Virus record (IMG/VR): IMGVR_UViG_3300050500_000499
Length of the DNA: 48,915 nucleotides
Strand: one strand, 5' to 3'
Source: a virus
The translations under genes and the position numbers were made by a program. The notes beneath the pieces were generated by a model, which saw only the letters and a list, made by a program, of their open reading frames with translations, was not told the origin of the DNA and ran no database searches. Below, one piece after another: positions 16,792-25,186 of this stretch (positions within the stretch are counted from its first letter, which is position 1; each line of letters opens with the position of its first letter).

Positions 16792-17685
16792 ATGGGACTC
16801 GTGTATTGTTGTCCGACGAGGGGTAAGCCGGAGTACCTCGACGACATGGTTTGGGAGTCGATGGAAAAGGCGAGGCTGCCGGATACAAAATTCGTCATAG
16901 GGATCGATGAGGATGAGCAAGAGCTTTACGCGAATTCTAAGCTTCGAAAGGACGAACGTGTCATTTGGAGTTGCGAGCCAAGAGAAGATTCGCTCGGAGC
17001 AAAGTTCAATCGCGTTCAAAGCGTCGGAGCGCAAATCGAGGACGCCGATTGGTTCATCATGGGGGTCGACGATTTGGCCATCCAGAGTATTGCGTGGGAC
17101 GTCAACGTTTCGCAATTAGCGGAACACTATCCGGATGGGATCGGCTGCGTCAACTTTGGTCGGCAGTGGAATGAGCCAGGAATGCCCGCGTTCCAAATGT
17201 TGAGCAAAAAGTTTATTGAACTCAATGGATTTTTCATGGCGCCGTTTTTCCCGTTCTGGTGGCATGATACGTGGAATTTGGAAATGAGCAGGATGATCGG
17301 GAGGGATTGCTATCTGGATGTCGAGGTGCGGTATCCGCAAAAGGAACCGATGACGCCGCGACGCGATATTAGTTTTTGGGCGCTCTACTTCGATCTGATG
17401 CGGCCGGCGAGGGTGCAAAAGGCGAGGGAGATTATCCTGGTCAGCGATTCTCCGGCTTTTCTCAAGTATCAGCTCATCCAGCGATTGGATACGCTGGTGC
17501 AGGAGTTTGAGCAGCGGAATGCGCGCTGTCGTGATCCGCTATGGACGATGAAGTTCCAGGCGGAAAGAGTCACAGATCAGCTCGATGCGAGGCACGAGCG
17601 GCTGCTCGCGAAAGCGCAAAGTGTGTTGAGGGCGATTGAGCAGCACTCGGCGGAGGCGTTGGAAGAGGAGAGTAGGGCGGCGTAA
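16792..17685 (+). CDS. Second putative glycosyltransferase-like protein.
   Basis: ATG at 16792 follows aagggaagggaagcgga. VYCCPTRGKPE, IGIDEDE and FIMGVDDL (DxD-like) suggest a GT-A-like Rossmann core. The assignment is weaker than for the first gene. Confidence 0.45.
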   Translation: MGLVYCCPTRGKPEYLDDMVWESMEKARLPDTKFVIGIDEDEQELYANSKLRKDERVIWSCEPREDSLGAKFNRVQSVGAQIEDADWFIMGVDDLAIQSIAWDVNVSQLAEHYPDGIGCVNFGRQWNEPGMPAFQMLSKKFIELNGFFMAPFFPFWWHDTWNLEMSRMIGRDCYLDVEVRYPQKEPMTPRRDISFWALYFDLMRPARVQKAREIILVSDSPAFLKYQLIQRLDTLVQEFEQRNARCRDPLWTMKFQAERVTDQLDARHERLLAKAQSVLRAIEQHSAEALEEESRAA

Positions 17686-17720
17686 GGGGCCCATGTAGGG
17701 GCCCGATATAGGCCCCTTTT
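17684..17720 (+). terminator. GGGGCC/GGCCCC stem-loop family copy with a T-tract.
   Basis: AAGGGGCCCATGTAGGGGCCCGATATAGGCCCCTTTT. The inner hairpin GGGGCC-cgatata-GGCCCC plus TTTT resembles an intrinsic terminator. Confidence 0.55.
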
Positions 17721-17734
17721 GCAGGAGCTTTTCG

Positions 17735-18418
17735 ATGACTGGAGCCGAAGCGGTCGCGCAGATTCAGCAGGGAATTGGGTGGCGGAGTGATCTGGCCACG
17801 GAGATTCTGGCGACGCTCAATTTTGCCCAGGACGAGGTGGAAAAGCCAGGCATGACGTTGCCGGAGTTTCTGAAAACTGAAGCGCTGGTAACGGCCAGTG
17901 ATGGGAATCAGGAGATTCCGGTCAGTTCGAACTTTATCAAGGAAGTCGAGTTCAAGTCGGGGGCGCTGCGGTATCAGGGGACGGCGACGAGCCGGACGTT
18001 TTTCCTGGAAAAAATGAGTCGGATGGACGCAGAGAAATATTTCTATGGGGATTGGCGTGGGACGTTTGATCCGCAGGTGGATTCGGATATTGTGCAGAGT
18101 GGAATTCCAAGGGCTTATGTCCTTTATCAGTCTGTGATTCGAATTTATCCGATCCCGGACCAGGATTATACGCTTCAGTGGAGCTACTATCAACATGATT
18201 CGGATATCGAGAATTCGGCTACGACTAATAATTGGCTGACCTATCATCCGTGGCTGATCGTTGGTGGGGCGGGGTGGAAAATTGCGAGTGATATTCAAAA
18301 TCAGGCGGCGATGCAAAAGTTCGCGCAATTGCGAATGGATGCAAGTCGGGCGCTGATAGCCTCTGTGGTTGAGCGTGAAATTGCTGGTCGGCGTTTCGCA
18401 CTAGGCAGCAGACTGTAG
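17735..18418 (+). CDS. Putative head-tail adaptor or tail structural protein, 227 aa.
   Basis: AGGAG RBS. It is the first gene after the terminator and lies upstream of the fiber. IRIYPIPDQDYTLQWSYY resembles an adaptor-family pattern. The call rests mostly on position. Confidence 0.4.
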   Translation: MTGAEAVAQIQQGIGWRSDLATEILATLNFAQDEVEKPGMTLPEFLKTEALVTASDGNQEIPVSSNFIKEVEFKSGALRYQGTATSRTFFLEKMSRMDAEKYFYGDWRGTFDPQVDSDIVQSGIPRAYVLYQSVIRIYPIPDQDYTLQWSYYQHDSDIENSATTNNWLTYHPWLIVGGAGWKIASDIQNQAAMQKFAQLRMDASRALIASVVEREIAGRRFALGSRL

Positions 18419-18427
18419 GAGGCGCCC

Positions 18428-19444
18428 GTGGGGCTCGAATCGCCAAGTTTTGTCAATGATTTCGTCACGACCAATCCTGATGGGAGCGATGCTCGGAGTC
18501 AGGGGGACGATCATATTCGGAATATGAAATCGGCGCTCAGGGCGACGCTTCCGAATGCAGATAGAGCGTTCTATTTCCCGACGGCGACGACGAAAACGGC
18601 GGATTTTGTTGTTGCGTCGACGGATATGAATAAAACGTTTTTCGTCGATGTGACGAGTCCGAGCACCAGCTTGATCGTGACGCTGCCGACATTAACGGCG
18701 TCGAGTGATGGTTGGTTTTGCACTTTTATCAAAACCACTCAGGACGCAAAGCCGCTGATGATATTCCCGGCGAGCGGGACGCTTCAATCGGGGTTCGTGA
18801 CGGGAATGTCGAGCGCTCGAAGGGCTGCTGCGGGCATCCCGTTCCGGGCGATGTGGAGCGGGGGACTGTGGGTCATTGAGCGCTGTTTCAAGGACCCGAT
18901 CGGTGCTTATATAGATGTGCCGTATGCGTTCCTTCAGCCGGGGCTCGAATGGGCGAGTGGGCAAACGCTGGCAAGTTCGACGCTTTATCCGGAGTTTTTC
19001 GCTTATGCTGGCACGTTGACGCTCCAGGATCGGCGGGGGCGGGTCGGGTTCGGCCGTGACGATATGGGTGGAAGTGCGGCGAATCGACTTACTACGGCGT
19101 CGGGCGGAATAACAGGAACCAGTCTAGGAAGTGCTGGCGGGAATCAAACGGCGCAACTGATTACGTCGAATCTGCCCCCGCACTCGCATGTGATAACGGT
19201 GGCTTCGACGACGCCGAATCCCTCAGTGAATATCAGGAATATAACTTCGTCGACCGGCACGGTGACAATGATGACGGATGCGGCGAATGCAATAGCGGCG
19301 GCTCAACCGCTGGCGAATTTCATGTCGGGGGCGAGTAGCATGTCGCACTTGCACTCGGCAACAGCGGGCGATACGGGGAGTGCAAATGCGTTCGCCGTTG
19401 TGAATCCGGGAATCGTCACCAATATCATGGTTGTCACAGAATAG
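18428..19444 (+). CDS. Tail fiber protein with a phage tail-collar domain, 338 aa.
   Basis: N-terminal GDDHIRNMKSALRATLPN. Collar signature LYPEFFAYAG...LQDRRGRVGFGRDDMGG...LITSNLPPHSHV. Confidence 0.8.
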   Translation: MGLESPSFVNDFVTTNPDGSDARSQGDDHIRNMKSALRATLPNADRAFYFPTATTKTADFVVASTDMNKTFFVDVTSPSTSLIVTLPTLTASSDGWFCTFIKTTQDAKPLMIFPASGTLQSGFVTGMSSARRAAAGIPFRAMWSGGLWVIERCFKDPIGAYIDVPYAFLQPGLEWASGQTLASSTLYPEFFAYAGTLTLQDRRGRVGFGRDDMGGSAANRLTTASGGITGTSLGSAGGNQTAQLITSNLPPHSHVITVASTTPNPSVNIRNITSSTGTVTMMTDAANAIAAAQPLANFMSGASSMSHLHSATAGDTGSANAFAVVNPGIVTNIMVVTE

Positions 19445-19453
19445 GAGAGGGAT

Positions 19454-19648
19454 ATGCCTCCACGAAGTCAGGCGCAGCGGCGTGCCATGTATGCAGCGGC
19501 GAGCGGACAGTCGATGCTCGGAATTCCGCAAGGTGTTGGGCAGGAGTATGCGGCTGCTGATCCCGGCGGAAAACTGCCGGAGAGGAAAGTGAGCCCGAAG
19601 AAAAGCCTCCAAGCGATGGTAAAGCGGAGCAAAAGTCGTGGCAAGTAA
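19454..19648 (+). CDS. DUF3008-like small basic protein, 64 aa.
   Basis: RSQAQRRAMYAAASGQS...GKLPERK pattern. GGAGAGGG RBS. Confidence 0.5.
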   Translation: MPPRSQAQRRAMYAAASGQSMLGIPQGVGQEYAAADPGGKLPERKVSPKKSLQAMVKRSKSRGK

Positions 19649-20237
19649 GCCGACATACGGCGCTATGTGGCCGATCTATGCGAAGTATTGGGATCGCATG
19701 GATGTCAATGATAATAGGGAAAATGAGGTGCTCGCTGCTTGTAAAAAATTGATCAATTCCAAACACCGCTATATGACCGTTGAGTCTTTGACGAATGTAC
19801 CCTGGGACATGGTCGCGGTCCTGCATATGAGGGAGTCGAGTGCGAATTTTCAGCGACAGCTGGGTCAGGGAGATCCACTCGGCACGGTGTCGGTGCATGA
19901 ACCGAAGGGGATGGGGCCCTATCTCACCTTCGAGGAAAGTGCGGCGGACATTATGAGGCAAAAGGGGTACGATAAAATCATTGATTGGAGGCTAGAGAAA
20001 AAGTTATATTATTGTGAAAACTGGAATGGGTGGGGATATTGGATGTTTCGGGGGAATATGCCGAGCCCCTTCCTTTGGGGAGCAACGAATATTCAGAAAA
20101 TTGGCAAATACGTGGCGGATGGGGTATGGGATTCGACGGTATGGGATTCGCAGATTGGGTGTGCCGCCCTTTTGAAGGGGATAATGGCGCTCAATGGGCC
20201 GATCGAGGGGCCGATCTACTTCAAACGAGAGGACTAG
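19638..20237 (+). CDS. Lysozyme-family protein (COG5526-like), putative endolysin, 199 aa.
   Basis: VPWDMVAVLHMRES, GQGDPLG, ENWNGWGYW, SPFLWGATN and IGKYVADGVWD fit the Rhizobiales-type lysozyme-family signature. It precedes the holin and spanins. Confidence 0.65.
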   Translation: MASKPTYGAMWPIYAKYWDRMDVNDNRENEVLAACKKLINSKHRYMTVESLTNVPWDMVAVLHMRESSANFQRQLGQGDPLGTVSVHEPKGMGPYLTFEESAADIMRQKGYDKIIDWRLEKKLYYCENWNGWGYWMFRGNMPSPFLWGATNIQKIGKYVADGVWDSTVWDSQIGCAALLKGIMALNGPIEGPIYFKRED

Positions 20238-20241
20238 GAAA

Positions 20242-20586
20242 ATGGAACTGAATAGGGAACAGGTGAAAAGTGCGATCCGCTGGTTTATTTCGACGTTCAG
20301 CGGGATTTTCATCGGATGGGCGACGGCGAAGGGCTGGGACGTGAGTGGAATCACGTCGATTTTCTCGAATGAGTCGATTATCGGGCTTGTGGCGAGCGCC
20401 GTTGTGTTGATCTGGGGCTGGTTTTCTAAAACTAAGCCGGGTCTAATCAATGCGGCGGTGGGAGCGGTGCCGGAAATCAAAAAGGTCGAAATCCAAGCCA
20501 CGAGTCTGGCACCGGCGGCGGTCCAATCGGCGAGTGATATTGTGCAAAAGACTGGGCCCACGGTGGTTGCAAGCGGGAAGCTGTGA
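20242..20586 (+). CDS. Putative holin, 114 aa.
   Basis: Two hydrophobic helices (FISTFSGIFIGWATA, IIGLVASAVVLIWGWF). Sits between the endolysin and the spanins. Confidence 0.55.
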   Translation: MELNREQVKSAIRWFISTFSGIFIGWATAKGWDVSGITSIFSNESIIGLVASAVVLIWGWFSKTKPGLINAAVGAVPEIKKVEIQATSLAPAAVQSASDIVQKTGPTVVASGKL

Positions 20587-20828
20587 TGTTTTCGTGGATC
20601 AGCCTGGCGCTCGCAGTGCTCCAATTGGTGAACAAGATTACCGATTGGGCACTGGAGCAGAAAGCGATAAGTGAGGGGGAGCGACGAGAAATCGCGAGGC
20701 AAACTGCCTCGATTCTGAAAAAGGTGGGGGTTCGGGATGAAATTGTCGCAAGCATTCGCAATCTCGATGATAGTGCTCTCGACCTCGAGCTGCACAAGCT
20801 TGAACCCGGAGCCGGGGGCGGTGGATAG
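20586..20828 (+). CDS. N-terminally membrane-anchored lysis-cassette protein, i-spanin candidate.
   Basis: MFSWISLALAVLQLV TM segment followed by a charged helix. TGATG overlap with the holin. The o-spanin ORF starts inside it in another frame. Confidence 0.5.
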   Translation: MFSWISLALAVLQLVNKITDWALEQKAISEGERREIARQTASILKKVGVRDEIVASIRNLDDSALDLELHKLEPGAGGGG

Positions 20829-20961
20829 CTATTGCCAGCTTTATCTGCAAGTTGTCAGGGCGAAAGGAGAGGGAAATATTAATGCTCCAACGGAGGTGAA
20901 GCGTAGGATTCTGGCAAATGAGAAAACGTACCGCGAACTCTGCGAAGCAAAAAAGCAATGA
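20737..20961 (+). CDS. o-spanin-like outer-membrane lipoprotein, 74 aa.
   Basis: Signal peptide plus a lipobox-like sequence, MKLSQAFAISMIVLSTSSC. DSYCQLY...RRILANEKTYRELC resembles alphaproteobacterial phage o-spanins. It overlaps the upstream gene by 92 nt. Confidence 0.6.
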   Translation: MKLSQAFAISMIVLSTSSCTSLNPEPGAVDSYCQLYLQVVRAKGEGNINAPTEVKRRILANEKTYRELCEAKKQ

Positions 20962-21389
20962 CGACGCTGCCTTGGGGCATAACGATTGGCGACATTGTCG
21001 AGGTTGTATTCATTATCCTTTCTGTGGTTGTTATAATTTCGGCTATGCGCTACGATATTCGAACGCTCAAGCATGGGATGACTGGACTTGCGCAGCGACA
21101 GGAGGCGCTTGAGTCGAGGATTGGAAGCGTTGAGAAAAGTCTCCAGGGGCAGGCAAAGGCGATCCTCGAGCAATTTGTGCAAAGTGAACGAGAGATTGGA
21201 GAAACGGTTATGGCGATTCGAGAAAGGGTTACACAGGTCGAATTGTATATGAGGGATAATTTTGTGCGAAAAGAAACCTTCAATCCGATATTGGCAGAGA
21301 TTCGGGGTGAGTTGCGAGGAATAGGAAGCTCCATAGAAGCTCGATTGTTGCGAATGGAGTCGAAAATAGACGTGAAGGCGAAAGGCTAA
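20958..21389 (+). CDS. TM plus coiled-coil protein, alternative i-spanin candidate, 143 aa.
   Basis: N-terminal TM VVFIILSVVVIISAM followed by a long helical region. ATGA overlap with the o-spanin. Confidence 0.5.
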   Translation: MTTLPWGITIGDIVEVVFIILSVVVIISAMRYDIRTLKHGMTGLAQRQEALESRIGSVEKSLQGQAKAILEQFVQSEREIGETVMAIRERVTQVELYMRDNFVRKETFNPILAEIRGELRGIGSSIEARLLRMESKIDVKAKG

Positions 21390-21391
21390 AA

Positions 21392-22954
21392 ATGCCGAGC
21401 ATCGATATTAATGACGTAGGGGCCATTGGTGTTATTCGGGATCAGCCTTCGCATGAGCTTGTGCCGGAGGCATGGAATTTTCTGAATAATGTCAGGATTA
21501 TTGAGAATTCTATCGGCCGGCTCGGGGGGTATACGCAGGTTTTCGGAACTGTGCCGCAAGCGCCGCAGCACTTGGCGGGTGTGCGGAGAGGGAATGAACA
21601 GCTTTGGCTTTATTTCAGTCTGACTGGAGCGTTTGCGGCGGATAGCACGAATTCGAACTTCACAACGGTCACGCGCAGTTCGTCGGTGTATGCGGCGGCG
21701 GTGGGGGCGGATTGGAATTCGACGTTCCTTGGAGGTATAACGATTGCGAACAATGGAACGGATTTGCCGCAGTATTGGCCGACGGCGAGCACGAGCGTCC
21801 TGCTGGCGGATTTGCCGAATTGGCCAAGTTTTTTGCGCGCGAAGGTTATTCGATCCTTTGGCCCCTACCTCATGGCGATGAATCTGACGGCGAGTGGAGT
21901 GACGCAGCCGCACGATGTTCGATGGAGTCATCCGGCTGATCCGGGCGCTGTGCCGACCTCGTGGGACATCACTGATCCGACCGTTGATGCTGGTCAGGTA
22001 ACGCTGCCGGACATTGAGAGTGGCGGAATCGTTGATGGCCTGCCGCTCCAAGGACGATTCTATGTCTACAAGGAGAATAGTGTTTGGCGCTTCCGAGCGA
22101 CCGGGGGGCGGTTCGTGTTCGATCAGGACGCCTTTCTGGAAACGATCGGATTGCTGTGCGCGAGGGCACTTGCAGTAACGGGCGACGGGAAGCGGCATAT
22201 TTTCGCGTCCCAGGACGATATAATGTTGCATGATGGAAACGGAGCACGGAGTGTGCTCGACAAAAAATTGAAGCGGACACTTTTTGGTTCGATTGATGTT
22301 ACCAATTATCGCAACAGCTTTATGATGATTCATCCGTTGAGGGGCGAAGCCTGGTTCTGTTATCCGGAAACTGGGAATAGTTTTCCGAATCGGGCAATTA
22401 TCTATAATTATGAGAGTGATAGGATTTCAGAGGGTGATTGCGATTGGAGGCATTGGGCCCCCGGCGTGATTCAGACTAGCGATGCGGAAACTTGGAATTC
22501 GACAAGCGGTACGTGGGATGAGGATACGGGGCTTTGGTCGAATTCGGATCGACGCAAAATCGTGCTTGTCCGCACAGCGGTGAACGAGTTCGCGCTACTC
22601 GATACTGGAGCAACGCGGGATGGCACAGTTTTCACAGGGACGCTTCAGCGGACAGGATTGGGAATTATTGGGAGGAAAAGGAATGGAGATTGGATTGAGG
22701 ATTTCCAGCAGCGGAAACTGGTCACTCGACTTTGGCCAAAAGTGAGTGGGGGCGCCGTTTCGATCCGGATTGGGAGTCATCAGGTTCCGGATGGAGCAGT
22801 GACTTGGAGTGCAGCGAAAACGTTCGATCCAAGTGTCCAGCGGTATGTGGATTTCGTGGTCGAGGGGCCTGCGATCGCACTCGAAATCAGTGGCACAACG
22901 CCGTTCAAAATCGACGGCTATAAGATCGAAATGGAACTGACTGGGAATTTCTGA
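21392..22954 (+). CDS. Tail structural protein, nozzle or tubular-B-like candidate, 520 aa.
   Basis: Large beta-rich protein in the tail module. The assignment rests on position and size only. Confidence 0.45.
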   Translation: MPSIDINDVGAIGVIRDQPSHELVPEAWNFLNNVRIIENSIGRLGGYTQVFGTVPQAPQHLAGVRRGNEQLWLYFSLTGAFAADSTNSNFTTVTRSSSVYAAAVGADWNSTFLGGITIANNGTDLPQYWPTASTSVLLADLPNWPSFLRAKVIRSFGPYLMAMNLTASGVTQPHDVRWSHPADPGAVPTSWDITDPTVDAGQVTLPDIESGGIVDGLPLQGRFYVYKENSVWRFRATGGRFVFDQDAFLETIGLLCARALAVTGDGKRHIFASQDDIMLHDGNGARSVLDKKLKRTLFGSIDVTNYRNSFMMIHPLRGEAWFCYPETGNSFPNRAIIYNYESDRISEGDCDWRHWAPGVIQTSDAETWNSTSGTWDEDTGLWSNSDRRKIVLVRTAVNEFALLDTGATRDGTVFTGTLQRTGLGIIGRKRNGDWIEDFQQRKLVTRLWPKVSGGAVSIRIGSHQVPDGAVTWSAAKTFDPSVQRYVDFVVEGPAIALEISGTTPFKIDGYKIEMELTGNF

Positions 22955-23586
22955 TGGTTTATCGCCCGAGAGGACTTGGTGCACCCTCCGATGTTGCGGA
23001 GTTGGCGCGCTTTGTCGAAGACGAATTGAAGGCGATCGAGCGAGCGCAAGCAGAGACTATTGCCCTCGAACTGCGGCCCACACATCGGGAACCGGAGCGG
23101 CCGCGCGAGGGCATGATTGTTTACGCGGATGGAAGTGATTGGAATCCGGGCTCCGGCGTCGGCGTTTACGTTTACGATGGAAATGCGTGGGCGCGGTTTC
23201 TCGATGACTACGAGGAAGGCACATTCACGCCGCAACTCACGTTTGGCGGCGGCTCCACTGGCATGACCGGCACGTTCACCGGCAGCTACACCAAGATCGG
23301 CGATCGAGTTTTTGGCGAACTTCGCATTGTGCTAACGGCTAAGGGATCGTCGACCGGTACCGCCCTCATCACGGGCCTGCCGTTCACCGCGGGCGCGACG
23401 GCTATTGGCTCTATCCAGGTCAACAACATGGCAGCCGGGACGATCACTATGGTGACGGCTCCAATTTCCTCGGGTACAGCCACTGTCAGTCCACAACGCT
23501 ACGCGGCGGGCGCCTTGACCGCGTTGGCGGAGACCGACTTCACCGATACGAGCGTCGTGACCGTTTCGTTCCAATACAAGGTTTAG
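22954..23586 (+). CDS. Tail fiber or receptor-binding-type structural protein, 210 aa.
   Basis: PREGMIVYADGSDWNPGSGVGVYVYDGNAWARF is a recurrent podophage fiber N-terminal motif. The C-terminal half is G/T-rich beta sequence. Confidence 0.55.
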   Translation: MVYRPRGLGAPSDVAELARFVEDELKAIERAQAETIALELRPTHREPERPREGMIVYADGSDWNPGSGVGVYVYDGNAWARFLDDYEEGTFTPQLTFGGGSTGMTGTFTGSYTKIGDRVFGELRIVLTAKGSSTGTALITGLPFTAGATAIGSIQVNNMAAGTITMVTAPISSGTATVSPQRYAAGALTALAETDFTDTSVVTVSFQYKV

Positions 23587-23589
23587 AGT

Positions 23590-24024
23590 ATGAAGCAGGA
23601 GCAGGTATATTTGCTTGAACCGGAGCAGTTTCGGCATTATTGGCCGGACATTCGGAATGCGATTCGGAGGATTCCGCAATACGACGAACAGTTTGCGGAT
23701 GAGGAAATGTTCGAGGCGGCGGTAAAAGGGGCCCTACAGTTTTGGGTTTTATCCGACGGCGCAATTCAATGCATATTGATTACCGAAATCCGGTCGAATC
23801 GGAAGGGAAAAGTGTTGCGCTTCCTCGGGGCCGTCGGGCAGGCGTGGGACGTTTTTCATCCGAGCCTCGAAAGCATTTTAGACCGCGTTTGCATCGGGCT
23901 CGGATGTGAGAGGATCGAGGTTGTGGCGGCCCGGCGGGGCTGGAGCAGGAAGCTGAGGGATATGGGATTCCGGTTCTCGCATGAGATTCTTGTGCGGGAC
24001 GCGAAGCGGGAAAAGGAGAATTGA
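23590..24024 (+). CDS. Hypothetical protein, possibly GNAT-like fold, 144 aa.
   Basis: VVAARRGWSRKLRDMGFRF resembles the C-terminal beta-alpha element of acetyltransferase-fold proteins. The similarity is weak. Confidence 0.3.
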   Translation: MKQEQVYLLEPEQFRHYWPDIRNAIRRIPQYDEQFADEEMFEAAVKGALQFWVLSDGAIQCILITEIRSNRKGKVLRFLGAVGQAWDVFHPSLESILDRVCIGLGCERIEVVAARRGWSRKLRDMGFRFSHEILVRDAKREKEN

Positions 24025-24025
24025 A

Positions 24026-25186
24026 ATGGGCAGCGGCGAGACGACACCGGCAACGACCACCACGCAAACCACGATTAGTCCGGAGCAACGCCAACTGCTC
24101 AACATGGCGATGCCCTATTTGCAACAGTTCGGGCAGAGCAATATAACGGCGCCGGGGCCGGAGTCGATTGCCGGGTTCAATCCGACGCAGGTTGCGGGTC
24201 AAAATCAGGTCCTGGGTTCGACCATGGCCATGAACAACATTTTGACCGGAGCGGGCCAGAGCAATCAATTTCTCACTTCTGGCGCCGCGCTCGACCCTCG
24301 GTCGAATCCTGGACTCCAGGGAACGATTGATGCCAGCGTTCGACCGATTTATCAAAATCTTGGAGAAAGTGTGCTACCGGCGCTTCGTGGTCAGGCGATC
24401 GTCGGTGGCGCCGGTGTTCCTGGAGCCAATTATGGAGGAAGCCGGTTGGGGATCGCGGAAGGTCTGGCGGCCCGCGGGGCGAGTCAGGCGGCGGGTGACA
24501 CGGCGAGCAAGCTTGCCTATCAAGGATATAATACGGGGCTCGACGCCATGCTCAAGAGTATGGGATTGGCCCCCTCGATTGCACAGAGTCAGGCAATTCC
24601 GGGTTTGACCACAACGGCGGTGGGCGATACGCAGCGGAGCCTGGCGCAGGCGCTGTTGAGTGCTCAAACGGGGCAGAGCCAGTTCGAACAGTATTTGCCT
24701 CTGCTAAAGGGTCAAGCATTTTTGGGTGGCTTGAATGCGATTCCTGGGGCTGGCAGCGTCACTACGGGGCCTGGAGTAACTCAGCCGAGCGGATTGCAAA
24801 CGGCACTTGGTATTGGTGCAACGGGGGCCGGAATTTTGGGTGGGCTTGGAGCCCTGGGGGGCACGAGTGGATTAGCGGGCCTATTACCTTTATTCACATC
24901 CAGCGACATGCGCTTGAAGCGCGATATTGTCCGGATTGGAACGCTGTTCGATGGGACGCCCGTTTATCGTTATCGGTATGCAGGCAATCAGGCGACGCAT
25001 ATCGGCGTCATGGCGCAGGATATAGAGAAGTTTGCGCCGGAAGCTGTGACGGAAATTGGCGGATTCAAGTTGGTCAATCTCGACCTTGCAACGCGTAGAG
25101 CTATGGAGGAACAAAATGGTATCGCCGCTCGATCCACAAATGGCGTTCGATCCGATGCCGATGTCGCTGTGGGACAACCTGGCTGA
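24026..25186 (+). CDS. Virion protein with a C-terminal peptidase S74 intramolecular-chaperone domain, 386 aa.
   Basis: AAGGAGAA RBS. The body is Gly/Ala/Gln-rich. SSDMRLKRDIVRIG...VYRYRY...HIGVMAQDIEKFAPEAV matches the SDxRxK autoproteolytic chaperone signature (from 24899). Confidence 0.7.
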   Translation: MGSGETTPATTTTQTTISPEQRQLLNMAMPYLQQFGQSNITAPGPESIAGFNPTQVAGQNQVLGSTMAMNNILTGAGQSNQFLTSGAALDPRSNPGLQGTIDASVRPIYQNLGESVLPALRGQAIVGGAGVPGANYGGSRLGIAEGLAARGASQAAGDTASKLAYQGYNTGLDAMLKSMGLAPSIAQSQAIPGLTTTAVGDTQRSLAQALLSAQTGQSQFEQYLPLLKGQAFLGGLNAIPGAGSVTTGPGVTQPSGLQTALGIGATGAGILGGLGALGGTSGLAGLLPLFTSSDMRLKRDIVRIGTLFDGTPVYRYRYAGNQATHIGVMAQDIEKFAPEAVTEIGGFKLVNLDLATRRAMEEQNGIAARSTNGVRSDADVAVGQPG

